64,000 nucleotides of DNA, taken from the NCBI GenBank assembly GCA_964549935.1, contig CAZJVT010000003.1:14634-78633 (forward strand), in the 5' to 3' direction. Shown one piece after another: positions 1-9,027 of this stretch. The number at the start of each line of letters is the position of its first letter. The stretch's first letter is position 1. The notes below the pieces were generated by a model. The model was not told the origin of the DNA, made no database searches, and was given only the letters and a program-made list of their open reading frames with translations. The position numbers were made by a program, and so were the translations under genes. The DNA is from an uncultured Candidatus Saccharibacteria bacterium (GTDB lineage Bacteria > Patescibacteriota > Minisyncoccia > UBA6257 > 1-14-0-10-44-23).

Positions 1-315
1 AATGCCTTCCAGTACGATGGCCCGGAAACCTTCCTCGAGGCTCTCGAAAGCGACGAGATCGACGTCTACGAGGGGGTATGCGAGAGCGAGCCGAACGAGC
101 ATTGCGTCCGGGCCCAGGGGCGCTTCCGAAGCGGCAGCTACTGCCACGACCTCAACCTCATGCTGCTGATGCCGGCCTGGGATCGGGAGAACGGACCCGG
201 CTCCCTCGCCCTCGCCAAGGCGGTCGTGGCCTCGTGGTCAGAGCTGAGGCGCCTGCATACGCCGGCACCGTTCCTCGCCTCGCCTGCTTCGTCTCTATCC
301 ATGTCCCTCTGCTGA
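1..315 (+). CDS. 3' part of hypothetical protein (truncated by window start)
   Basis: Frame 1 open from base 1 to TGA at 313-315; ends ...PFLASPASSLSMSLC*; 2 nt before next ATG. Confidence 0.6.
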   Translation, partial: NAFQYDGPETFLEALESDEIDVYEGVCESEPNEHCVRAQGRFRSGSYCHDLNLMLLMPAWDRENGPGSLALAKAVVASWSELRRLHTPAPFLASPASSLSMSLC

Positions 316-317
316 GG

Positions 318-899
318 ATGTCACCGATGCGCGCGCCAGTAGCTCTCTACCACGATTTTATCGGCAGCCCTGGACGCGAGACCGCCTTCGCCGATCTCTG
401 GGAGAACCTGCCCTGGGAACGGCGTCCGGACGCGCCTCGGCGCGAATGCTGGATGAACGACTACATGATGCCGTACACCTACGGCACCGGCAGTGGCGTC
501 CGCACCTACGAGTCCGTGAAGTGGAACACGACCATCCGCGAAGAGCGGGACATCCTGAAGATCAAGCACGGGCACTGGTTCGGCGCCTGCTTCGTCAACG
601 GCTACGAGGATGGTCGCGACGCCCTCGGCTGGCACAGCGACGACAACCCGGAGATCGACGCCACGATGCCGATCGCCGTCATCAGCCTCGGCGCCGAGCG
701 CGAGATCTGGTTCAGGCCCATCGGCGCCAAGGGCGAGGATTCGATCGAGAAGCTGCTCCTGCCCTCGGGCTCGCTGCTGATGATGGAGCCAGGGATGCAG
801 CAGGCTTGGCAGCATCGCATTCCGAAGGCGTCCTTCTCACCTTGTCCGCCGCGGATCAGCCTGACCTATCGCGGACTGATGAAGAAGAGAGGCTGGTGA
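318..899 (+). CDS. alkB: AlkB-family 2OG-Fe(II) dioxygenase (ALKBH2/3-like)
   Basis: NGYEDGRDALGWHSDD (HxD), ISLGAER, GSLLMM..QQAWQHRIPK, RISLTYR motifs; start at ATG 318 or 327. Confidence 0.88.
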   Translation: MSPMRAPVALYHDFIGSPGRETAFADLWENLPWERRPDAPRRECWMNDYMMPYTYGTGSGVRTYESVKWNTTIREERDILKIKHGHWFGACFVNGYEDGRDALGWHSDDNPEIDATMPIAVISLGAEREIWFRPIGAKGEDSIEKLLLPSGSLLMMEPGMQQAWQHRIPKASFSPCPPRISLTYRGLMKKRGW

Positions 900-932
900 C
901 GTCCGGCCGCTGCAGCCTGAACGGATCCGTTC

Positions 933-2093
933 TCAGGCGCGCATGTCGCTCGACACGAGGACCAGAGACCGGCCTTCGGTTGCTTGCAGGGGGATCATGA
1001 CACGGCGGTAGCGCGTATCGATCGGATCCCCGTCTGCCTTCATGACGATTGCCCGGCAATCCTCGACGATGGCCTCGCCCTGCTCGACCGCGCGATCGTA
1101 GCCATGGGCGCACCACTCGCCATAGTCCTTGTCCGGAGCGTGGCGGATGTCGGTGCCGATAAGCCGCGCGCGTTCGTCCGGGGTGTAGAAGCGAAGGGCA
1201 GATCCGATATGAAGCCAGGCCCAGTCGGTCTTCGCGCCATGCTTCCCTGGGGAGCTCATCGCGATGCTGGTCCGGCCGGACTCGTCCGCGTTCGCGAACT
1301 GCAGGGCCGTCGACACGTCGGCCTTGCCCAGCAAATCCCTCGACTCCTGGACGAGCGAGATCAGGCGCCGATGCTTGTCGTGAAACAGGACCGACATTGG
1401 CCGCGAGTCGAACATGAACCGGGTCTTCCGTGGGCGAGCCGGCCCCCTCAGCAGATCCGTGACCCGGTCCAGGGCGGCGGTCTGCGAGCTCATGGTCTCG
1501 ACCGCCCAGCCCTCGCCGTCACGGACGGTGAGCTCGATGTCGACCTTGCCGGCCAGGGCGATCAGCCTGAAGAGGGTGTCGACGGTCTTCGGCTGCATCT
1601 GCGGCGGAGAGAGACGGAAATGGATGCGGCCCGGTGAGTGACGCACCTCGAGCCATCCCAGGCATCGCACCGTGAAGCCGCCGACGTCGAAGTCGCCCTT
1701 CGTGTACCCGAGGTTCTCCCGGAGATCTGGCGAGTCGACTGGCCAGGCTTCGCCCATATCGTCGTAGACCACATGCAGGTCGCTGGTGCGTGACCCTTGA
1801 AGAGCAGCGGCGAAGCCGATCCCTGAATGGGGCCAGATCCCGGGGGAGCGGGCGTCGACCAGCTGCTGGGTCGCCATCCGGACGGCCAGGCGAATGGCAT
1901 CGACCTCATGGGCCGGCGGCGACGGGACCTCGCCGTACCAATAGCGCTTGATCCTGCCTTCGCTCATCCCGATGAGCTTGGATGCGCCTCGGATGCCAGC
2001 CTTGATGTTCTCGCCTGGCTTCGTGAGCTGGGCTGCCCTGCGAACAAGGCTCTGCATTTCTTCGCGGATTTCGTCAGGCGTGATCAGGCGCAT
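933..2093 (-). CDS. Putative regulator: N-terminal phage-type HTH, C-terminal PAS-like domain
   Basis: IKAGIRGASKLIGMSEGRIKRYWYGE..AHEVDAIR resembles alphaproteobacterial prophage HTH proteins; C-terminal LIGTDI..YDRAVEQGEAI..YRRVMIPL resembles PAS_5-type domains. Confidence 0.55.
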   Translation of the reverse strand: MRLITPDEIREEMQSLVRRAAQLTKPGENIKAGIRGASKLIGMSEGRIKRYWYGEVPSPPAHEVDAIRLAVRMATQQLVDARSPGIWPHSGIGFAAALQGSRTSDLHVVYDDMGEAWPVDSPDLRENLGYTKGDFDVGGFTVRCLGWLEVRHSPGRIHFRLSPPQMQPKTVDTLFRLIALAGKVDIELTVRDGEGWAVETMSSQTAALDRVTDLLRGPARPRKTRFMFDSRPMSVLFHDKHRRLISLVQESRDLLGKADVSTALQFANADESGRTSIAMSSPGKHGAKTDWAWLHIGSALRFYTPDERARLIGTDIRHAPDKDYGEWCAHGYDRAVEQGEAIVEDCRAIVMKADGDPIDTRYRRVMIPLQATEGRSLVLVSSDMRA

Positions 2094-2228
2094 AGGTCTT
2101 CTGCCAGGTGCTCAAAACAGAAAAAGCCTCGATGCAATCCTGCATCGGCCATGGGCAGCGTCAACAACTTCAAATTTATATAAATGAGCCTAATCCATTA
2201 ACCAAGAAGAGATTTTTAGGCCCTTTCA

Positions 2229-2257
2229 TTGACGATTTCTTATTAATCCTGTAGGCT
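2229..2257 (+). promoter_or_regulatory. sigma70-type promoter TTGACG-N17-TAGGCT
   Basis: Read directly in the AT-rich divergent intergenic region, 28 nt before ATG 2286. Confidence 0.7.
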
Positions 2258-2285
2258 TCCTATTATTCGCAGATAGGATGCCGAT

Positions 2286-3113
2286 ATGTCCGACGCCCCG
2301 GAGTTCAGCGATCTGCAGCGACAGATGATGCTCCATGCCATCGGCGCCGGCGAGGGCAAGGGCCCCTACCGCAACCGCTATTTCCTCTACCGCGGATCCG
2401 ACCGGCAGCCCGCCTGGGACGACCTCGTGGCCCGCGGCTATGCAGGCTTCGAAGACATGCCGCCGGTCGCCGGCCTGAGCCCGGACGATCCGCCGACCCC
2501 GTCCAAGCAGCGCTGCTACTGGCTGACGGAAAAGGCCCTCTTTCATCCGGATCTCCACCGGGGCCAGAAGCCGGTGCTGGTCTCCTCCATGTACTTCTCC
2601 TACGACGGCCATCAGCGCGCGGGCGTCACCGCGAAGACCACCTTCGACGCGATCCTTCTCGGCCAGCGCACATCGACCACCCGTTTCCGGAAGTGGGGCG
2701 GCACCGATAAGTGGGCGGCCAAGGAGGCCGGCACCCTCGTACGCTTCCATGCGGACAAGCTCTGCAAGTCGGACGAGTACGTCGACGTGGTCATCACCGC
2801 GGTCGAGAACATCGACCTTCGCTGGTGCGCTCCCGCGGATCGGGAGCGCTGGAGCCGGTGCGAGGGCTGGACCGAGTCCCAGGGGCAGACCTTCGGCATG
2901 CGCAACGGCAACGCGGTCTGGGTCCACTACAAGCTACTCACCATGAGCCCAGGCGCCGAGAAGCGCCTCGAGCGAGCCAAGGCGCAGATCGCCCACGAGG
3001 CCGAAGTCATGGCGCGTCTGGCTGCCGAGCAGAAGGCTGCCGACGAGGCCGGGGAGACGGCCGAGGCCGTTCCCGAAAGAGCCGCAACCCGCAACCTGGA
3101 GCCCACGGCATGA
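2286..3113 (+). CDS. Two-domain protein with ASCH/PUA-like C-terminal half
   Basis: TTFDAILLGQRTSTTR..GTLVRF..VVITAVE..WSRCEGW fits the ASCH pattern; N-terminal HAIG..YRNRY..WDDLV module seen in phage proteins. Confidence 0.55.
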   Translation: MSDAPEFSDLQRQMMLHAIGAGEGKGPYRNRYFLYRGSDRQPAWDDLVARGYAGFEDMPPVAGLSPDDPPTPSKQRCYWLTEKALFHPDLHRGQKPVLVSSMYFSYDGHQRAGVTAKTTFDAILLGQRTSTTRFRKWGGTDKWAAKEAGTLVRFHADKLCKSDEYVDVVITAVENIDLRWCAPADRERWSRCEGWTESQGQTFGMRNGNAVWVHYKLLTMSPGAEKRLERAKAQIAHEAEVMARLAAEQKAADEAGETAEAVPERAATRNLEPTA

Positions 3114-3343
3114 GCAAGCCAGTTCCCGTCGACTTCCGCCCGATCTCCGAAACAGCCCTTCGCGCCATCGTCGGCGTCATGGGACCGTCGGCGGTCGCCA
3201 AGCAGGCGATCGATCATTGCCAGGAGATCCGCGGCCGCGGCGGGGACCCGGTCTGCATGAAGGGTCCCGACAGCTATGTCGTGCTGGACGCCGTCGCCGC
3301 CGTGAAGGGCGATGCCGACCGCGGCATCCAGCTGGCGATCTAG
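3110..3343 (+). CDS. Small hypothetical protein
   Basis: ATGA overlap with upstream stop, GGAG at 3098. Confidence 0.6.
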   Translation: MSKPVPVDFRPISETALRAIVGVMGPSAVAKQAIDHCQEIRGRGGDPVCMKGPDSYVVLDAVAAVKGDADRGIQLAI

Positions 3344-3354
3344 TCGGCGGACCG

Positions 3355-4101
3355 ATGACCCGCCAGACGCGCATCGTCCTCTCCGGCGCCGACGAGGACG
3401 TCGACCTCCAGGCCCTCGCCGCGATCGTCGGCGGCAAGCCATGGCTCGAGCTCGGCATCCTTTCGGCCGGCAAGACGAGCGCGATGTACCGATATCCCGA
3501 GATGCCCTGGATCCTGGCGCTCGGCCAGGCGGGCATCGCTCCGCTGTCGCTGCATCTCTGCGGGCGCGAGACCCAGCGCTTCGTCGTCGGCGAGCTGATC
3601 GGCGCGCCCAAGGGCTTCCAGACCCTCCAGATCAACACCAAGGGTCTCATCGATCGCCTCGATGTGCCGTCGTTGATGACCGCCATGTGGGACATGTGGC
3701 GGACCGTCTCGCACTTCGTCGTGCAGGTCCCCTCGATCGATCATCCGATGGTGCGCGCGGTGGCCGAGCTGGCTCCGCCGAACGCAGGGATCCTCGCGGA
3801 TGGATCGGGCGGCACCGGCAATCCTCACTGGAAGCCGGCGCTTCCATCCGATCCCAAGCTGGCTGCCAGGCTCGAGGGACGCATCGGCTTCGCCGGCGGC
3901 CTCACACCTGAAACAGTCGGCCCGCGCCATGCCGAAATCCGCGAGGCGCTCGGCCATGACCGCTTCTGGATGGACATGGAGACGGGCCTTCGCACCAAGG
4001 ACGACCTGATGGACCTCGAGAAGGTGCGACAGGTGGTGGAGACGATGGAAATCGCCTTGGCGGAACCTTCGCTGGCCGCCTCTTCTTCGCCGACGGTTTA
4101 G
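3355..4101 (+). CDS. TrpF/PRAI-like TIM-barrel protein (phage/plasmid type)
   Basis: SLHLCG, DGSGGTG, GFAGGLTPETV, FWMDMETGLRT..DLEKV motifs. Confidence 0.7.
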   Translation: MTRQTRIVLSGADEDVDLQALAAIVGGKPWLELGILSAGKTSAMYRYPEMPWILALGQAGIAPLSLHLCGRETQRFVVGELIGAPKGFQTLQINTKGLIDRLDVPSLMTAMWDMWRTVSHFVVQVPSIDHPMVRAVAELAPPNAGILADGSGGTGNPHWKPALPSDPKLAARLEGRIGFAGGLTPETVGPRHAEIREALGHDRFWMDMETGLRTKDDLMDLEKVRQVVETMEIALAEPSLAASSSPTV

Positions 4102-4123
4102 AAGAAGAGCCACAGGCTGCCCT

Positions 4124-4819
4124 ATGCAAACTCGACGATTTCCTGGCTCTCATCTCGCAATTGGGTCACGCGAGATACAGATCCTCCGACGCCTGGCCTG
4201 GCCAGAAGGCGGCAAGAAAAGCTTAAAGCCGGTGCGACTGGGCAGCGGAGATGCCTATGTCGTGCGTGGCCGAGGTGCGGGATTTCACGGCACGGATCTG
4301 GCTCTCCATCCCATCAAGGCACAGCGCCTGAAGCGTCTGCTCCTGGTCGATCTCAATGGAGCCATCACCTGCGCCGGTCATAAAGCTCTCATCGACCTGC
4401 TGCTTCATCCCGTCTTCAACGATCGGGCGGAACCCTGCGCCAAGGCAGAAGAAGCTCTGAAGACCGCGACGATCAACGACTTGTCGCGAATTCTGGAGAC
4501 CCACTCCGATCTCGCCCACATCCTGCTGGACCAGGACCTCGCATGCCTCTGGAAGTTCGAGCCGAAAGTAGATCGCAGGGCATTGGCGATGCGGCATTTC
4601 GAAGCCGCTGTCCTTCGTGCAACCGAAGGCAACCAGAACGATCGTGCCCTGGAAATGGACCGCGAAGTCATTGAGAGGTCTGTCGAGATCCCGGTGGCCG
4701 AGCTGCCATACATCGAGAATAGCCTGACGAAGGCGCTGATTCCGATCCTTCGATGGTTTCGTTTGTTCCCGCGGCCCGTACACCGCGCAGACTCCGCATC
4801 GCCGGCCTGGCATTCATGA
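4124..4819 (+). CDS. Hypothetical protein, paralogue of 4816-5370
   Basis: Shared QILRRLA/QVLRRLA, G.GFH..DL, G.IT.AGH..L..FLLHP. Confidence 0.7.
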   Translation: MQTRRFPGSHLAIGSREIQILRRLAWPEGGKKSLKPVRLGSGDAYVVRGRGAGFHGTDLALHPIKAQRLKRLLLVDLNGAITCAGHKALIDLLLHPVFNDRAEPCAKAEEALKTATINDLSRILETHSDLAHILLDQDLACLWKFEPKVDRRALAMRHFEAAVLRATEGNQNDRALEMDREVIERSVEIPVAELPYIENSLTKALIPILRWFRLFPRPVHRADSASPAWHS

Positions 4820-5370
4820 CCCGTGCCTCCCTTCCCCGTCCCGGCATCAGCTGCGGCATCTCCATGCGGGACTTCCAGGTCCTGCGGCGCCTGGCGATCC
4901 CCTCCGAGGACGGCGAGGCCCGCGCGGTCCGGAAGGGCAGCAACAGCAACTATTTCGTCACCGGCACCGGGCCGGCCTTCCATCAGCACGACCTCCATAT
5001 CCAGAAGAGCAGCATCGGCGTGCTGAGCCATTTCGGGCTGATCGACGAAGCTGGTCGGATCACCGTCGCCGGTCACGACTATCTTCGGAGCTTCCTGCTT
5101 CATCCTCTCGACCTCGATGCCGACGGACGTCGCGAGACCGCCGAGACCGCACTCCGCGGACTGCGCATGGAGACGATGGGCGTCATCGCCGGCGACATGA
5201 TCCAGATCGGACGGATTTTCGAATCCACGGATGCCCGGTGGCTCGTCCACTGCGAGCCCAAGCTCGATCCGGTCGCTTATGCGCTGCGTCGGGCGGAAGA
5301 GATCCTGATCGGCACGCTCGACGCCGATCTGACACCTGCGGCAATCGGGCCGCGAGGCCCCGGAGAGTAA
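4816..5370 (+). CDS. Hypothetical protein, paralogue of 4124-4819
   Basis: ATGA overlap; same motifs. Confidence 0.7.
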   Translation: MTRASLPRPGISCGISMRDFQVLRRLAIPSEDGEARAVRKGSNSNYFVTGTGPAFHQHDLHIQKSSIGVLSHFGLIDEAGRITVAGHDYLRSFLLHPLDLDADGRRETAETALRGLRMETMGVIAGDMIQIGRIFESTDARWLVHCEPKLDPVAYALRRAEEILIGTLDADLTPAAIGPRGPGE

Positions 5371-5593
5371 AGGCATGGCGGGCACGGGGATCTACGCGCC
5401 GATCGGCGCTTTGAGCTTTCTCGCCTCTCCCTTAACTTATCGGCATGTGCCGACACGATCACACCAGCCTCCTGGACCGCGTTTCCACCGGCATCGGGGC
5501 ATTGCGTCGTGGCGGCGGGTCCTCCGCCAGAGCCGGCCTTCCTGCCGCTGCCCTGTCAGAAAATAGCCGCTTCGGACATCGAGAAAACTAACC

Positions 5594-6172
5594 ATGAGCG
5601 TCGCCAACACGGATCTCCCAGCTCCTCCCGACGGCTTCGCCGGGCCCGAGGATCCGCTCTTCGCCGTGCGCCATGGCGATGCTGGCTTCTTCCTCCGTCC
5701 CATGGGCGTGTGGCCGGCCTTCCAGTTCTATGGTCGCTGCAGCCAGCTCTACTTCGACGGCAATGATCACCTGACCGGCCAGGCGCAGCTCGGGCTTCGC
5801 ATGGTGAAGTCCTCGGGCGACAAGACCTTCCTTCGCATCGTCGAGCCTTGGGCTCGGATCGAACCGCTTCTGCGCCGGACCTGGCTTCGGCTCGAGTGGG
5901 GCCAGCCCCACGTCGCCGCGAAGGTGCTCGAGCTCATCGAGCCGACTCTCAACAGCAACGGGACCTATGCCGTGGCGATCACCGACGACGGGGTACGTCG
6001 GATCCGGTTCAACGGCGCCATCGTCTTCATCAAGGATTTCTGGCCAGGCAAGGGGCTGGTAGACGTCCTCGATCAGCTGGCGGCCGAACATGGATTCGCC
6101 GTCGAGGATCTGCATCACGAGCCGATGGAGCCGCCGATCGGACGGTCAAGGTCGCCGGAGATGTCGCCATGA
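5594..6172 (+). CDS. Hypothetical protein, paralogue of 6169-6798; tail SPEMSP
   Basis: PDG.A...DPL..R.GDA..L...GVW..GRCS.L and AVAI.DDG.RRIR shared. Confidence 0.75.
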   Translation: MSVANTDLPAPPDGFAGPEDPLFAVRHGDAGFFLRPMGVWPAFQFYGRCSQLYFDGNDHLTGQAQLGLRMVKSSGDKTFLRIVEPWARIEPLLRRTWLRLEWGQPHVAAKVLELIEPTLNSNGTYAVAITDDGVRRIRFNGAIVFIKDFWPGKGLVDVLDQLAAEHGFAVEDLHHEPMEPPIGRSRSPEMSP

Positions 6173-6798
6173 GCCTCAAGCCGGCGATCACCGTCTCCTC
6201 CGGGCTTCCTCCATTGCCCGACGGCGTCGCCGAGGCTGGCGACCCCCTCTGGAGCGAGCGCTTCGGCGACGCCAAGTATGTGCTCAAGCAAGCCGGCGTC
6301 TGGTGGGAGACATTCGGTCGCTGCAGCCGTCTTGTCGAACGCTTCCGAAATCGCTGGACCGCTCAGATGGGCATCGAGCTTCGGCTCGTCAAAGGATGCC
6401 CTCTCGATCACAGGCAGGCGATCGAGAGCTGGAAAGCGATCGGCCCCTTGATGAAGCGCGAATGGCTCGCGCGACACGACGGGCCGCCGATCCCTGCGAG
6501 GATCATCCCCTTCCTGACGCCGAAGGCGGACACGACCCGCCTCTGGGCCGTGGCGATCAGCGATGACGGGTGCCGGCGCATCCGATATGGCGGCGTCGCA
6601 AAATGGCGAAGCCCTCTCACGTCGATCGTCGACTTCCTTCCCGGCACGGATCTTGGCGACATCCTGCCCATGCTTGCCGCCGATCACGGCTGGGATCCGG
6701 AGGCCCTTGAGATCGAGCGCCTCGATCCGCCTTATGTCCCCTCATTCATGAAGAGCGGAGCGACGAAGCCCGATTCCTCTCTCCGGTTCGGGATCTGA
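6169..6798 (+). CDS. Hypothetical protein, paralogue of 5594-6172
   Basis: ATGA overlap, GGAG at 6157; shared motifs. Confidence 0.75.
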   Translation: MSLKPAITVSSGLPPLPDGVAEAGDPLWSERFGDAKYVLKQAGVWWETFGRCSRLVERFRNRWTAQMGIELRLVKGCPLDHRQAIESWKAIGPLMKREWLARHDGPPIPARIIPFLTPKADTTRLWAVAISDDGCRRIRYGGVAKWRSPLTSIVDFLPGTDLGDILPMLAADHGWDPEALEIERLDPPYVPSFMKSGATKPDSSLRFGI

Positions 6799-6810
6799 CT
6801 GGAGATCGAG

Positions 6811-7374
6811 ATGGCTTCGCATTTCATGCACACGTCCTTCGGACTCGTCATGCCGCGCGCGGCCGGCATTCTCGTCCTCGCCGCGGCGAAAGCCTGGGAT
6901 GCGATCGAGGGCGATGGCTTTCACGAGAGCGCGCTCGATTTCGTCTCGCATGCAGAGCGCGTCGAGCTCGCCAGGATCGTCGAGGCCCGGGACAGCACCG
7001 ACGACGCCATCTTCGAGTCCCTTTCCGGGATCCTTCGCGAGATCAACGACGAGAACTTCAAGCTCGGCATCCAGCTGTCATGGGAACGCGACGGCGCCAA
7101 CGAGTATCTCTGGGGCCGCTCCGATCAAGGCGGAGACCTGGAGATGGTCGTACGCATCGTCCAGGAATCCATGCGCCGCTACGGCATCGAGTCCGTCTAC
7201 ACCATCAAGTACGCGCACACCTGCTCGAGGCCGATGCTGAACATGTTCGAGGGCGGCGGCGTCGCTTTCGACGCGACGAGAACGGAGTGGATCCAGATCG
7301 GTCCTCTTCTCGATGCGGCGGCCGAGCGCCTTTCCGAGCCCAGGCCCGCTTCACTGCCGTCTCCTGGCGCCTGA
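6811..7374 (+). CDS. Plasmid hypothetical protein (A.TCS.P..F.GG family)
   Basis: TIKYAHTCSRPMLNMFEGGGVAF; paralogue of 7392-7958; GGAG RBS. Confidence 0.75.
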   Translation: MASHFMHTSFGLVMPRAAGILVLAAAKAWDAIEGDGFHESALDFVSHAERVELARIVEARDSTDDAIFESLSGILREINDENFKLGIQLSWERDGANEYLWGRSDQGGDLEMVVRIVQESMRRYGIESVYTIKYAHTCSRPMLNMFEGGGVAFDATRTEWIQIGPLLDAAAERLSEPRPASLPSPGA

Positions 7375-7391
7375 CCGATCGCGAGAGTCCA

Positions 7392-7958
7392 ATGGCCAAC
7401 AACTACACCCTCACCTCGTTCGCCCTCGAGCTTGATCGCGCCGCGGGCAACCTCCTCATCATCGCCGCCGACGTCTGGAAAGACGACATCGACGCCGCGC
7501 GCGAGAAGATCTCCAAGCTCGAGCAGGAGGAGCTCTGCCAGCTTGCAGCGGCGATCGAGGCGACCGAGCCGGACGCGAACACTGTCATTCTCGCGATCGA
7601 AGCGATGATCGCCGACATCGACCCGGACAAGATGCCGCTCGGCATCGAATTCTCATGGGACGGGCTTCGCAAGAAACCGACCATCTGGGGCCGAAGCGAG
7701 GAAAGCTTCGCCATCGAGAACACCGTCGCCCTGATCCAGTCGGTGATGGCCGCCTTCGGCATCCGGGGGGTCCACACGATCCGCTGGGCGAATACCTGCT
7801 CCAAGCCGGTCTATGACGAGTTCGGCGGCGGCGCCGTGGTGTTCAACGCCGAGGAAGCGACGTGGATCACGCTCGATCCCGCGATAGAAGCCGCCGAGAA
7901 GGCGCTCGCGCCGAAACCGTCTCCAGCTCCCGGTACGGGTCTACAGCGTTTCTCCTGA
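7392..7958 (+). CDS. Plasmid hypothetical protein (A.TCS.P..F.GG family)
   Basis: MANNYTLTSF..TIRWANTCSKPVYDEFGGGAVVF. Confidence 0.75.
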   Translation: MANNYTLTSFALELDRAAGNLLIIAADVWKDDIDAAREKISKLEQEELCQLAAAIEATEPDANTVILAIEAMIADIDPDKMPLGIEFSWDGLRKKPTIWGRSEESFAIENTVALIQSVMAAFGIRGVHTIRWANTCSKPVYDEFGGGAVVFNAEEATWITLDPAIEAAEKALAPKPSPAPGTGLQRFS

Positions 7959-7968
7959 TGAAATCAGA

Positions 7969-8008
7969 TTGCCACTTTCTCCGGGATCTGTTAACAAATA
8001 CGTTAACA
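7969..8008 (+). promoter_or_regulatory. Promoter (-35 TTGCCA) overlapped by palindromic operator TGTTAACA-AATA-CGTTAACA
   Basis: Two GTTAAC palindromes 12 bp apart at 7989-8008, just upstream of the AbiE pair; AbiE operons are autoregulated through inverted repeats. Confidence 0.6.
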
Positions 8009-8025
8009 CATTTCGGAATCCGAGC

Positions 8026-8988
8026 ATGACCACCCAGATCGTCTACCTGTCGGGAAAAGGGCTTCTCACCCGCGACGAGCAGCTCGAGATCGCTGTGCGC
8101 ATGCAGGGCGCGACGATCGAGGAGATCTTCCGGGCCACCGACTGGGACGTGAAGAAGGCCGTCTTCCAGGGCGGCACCTCGCTCGGCATCTGCTGGAAGT
8201 CGCCTCGGTTCTCGGAAGATCTCGACCTGCTGGTGGCGGCCGATATCGGCGTCGAGGACGTCGCCCGAACGATGCGGCGCGTCGTGGCAAAGGTCGAGCA
8301 GCGCCTGGCGCTCATGATCCCTGGCTCGCGCTTCGAGCTCAAGGAGCCCCAGATCGAGAAGGTGCGCAACCTGATCCGCTGCGAGATCAAGTGGTCGCAT
8401 CCAGGCCGCAAGGACAAGGTCTCGACCCGGGTCGAATTCTACCGCGTCGACAGGGAGCTCCTCGCCCAGTACCAGTCGACCTATGTCAGCCCAAATGCCG
8501 GCAGCATCTGCAACGGTCGCATCGAGGTAACGACGGCGATCCCGGTCGCGACACCGGAGACGCTGCTCGCCGACAAGGTCAAGGCGCTCGCCGACCGTCC
8601 TTTTCTGAAGCATCGCGACCAGTTCGACATCTGGTTCATCTCCAGCGTGATGGGCATCCGCATGGAGCGGCCGCGGCTCCGACAGGCGCTCGAGACCTGC
8701 GCGGCGATGTATAGCTACGACCTCGCCGTCATGCGCGCGAAGCTGGCCGCCTACCTTGCAAGTCCGGTCAGCCTCGACGAGGAGAAGCTCTCCCAGGACC
8801 TTGATCGCTGGCTGCCCGAGGACGTCTACCGGCAGCTCGTCGAGCGCGACACCTTCAAGGAGATGCTCGCTTCCGTGCGAGGGGTCATCGAGCAGACGAT
8901 CGAGGCCATCGACATGAAGCCGACGAGCCCGGCTGGGGGCTCCGGCGGATCGATCCCGGACAGGACGGTTTCCTCGCCGTCGTTCTAG
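8026..8988 (+). CDS. abiEii: AbiEii-family nucleotidyltransferase toxin (type IV TA)
   Basis: VFQGGTSL..RFSEDLD, LLADKVKAL..R..RDQFDIWF motifs. Confidence 0.88.
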   Translation: MTTQIVYLSGKGLLTRDEQLEIAVRMQGATIEEIFRATDWDVKKAVFQGGTSLGICWKSPRFSEDLDLLVAADIGVEDVARTMRRVVAKVEQRLALMIPGSRFELKEPQIEKVRNLIRCEIKWSHPGRKDKVSTRVEFYRVDRELLAQYQSTYVSPNAGSICNGRIEVTTAIPVATPETLLADKVKALADRPFLKHRDQFDIWFISSVMGIRMERPRLRQALETCAAMYSYDLAVMRAKLAAYLASPVSLDEEKLSQDLDRWLPEDVYRQLVERDTFKEMLASVRGVIEQTIEAIDMKPTSPAGGSGGSIPDRTVSSPSF

Positions 8989-9027
8989 CGTCATCCCCAG
9001 CACCCTTTCTCCAGGGCTTCCGGCATC

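Noticed and set aside
318-899. AlkB as the thymine hydroxylase feeding the 5-hmdU kinase
   Set aside because: Motifs fit ALKBH2/3-type repair enzymes rather than TET/JBP, and the genes are about 56 kb apart
3355-4101. Genuine trpF of tryptophan biosynthesis
   Set aside because: Lacks the KICG N-terminal motif and trp operon context; only fold-level similarity
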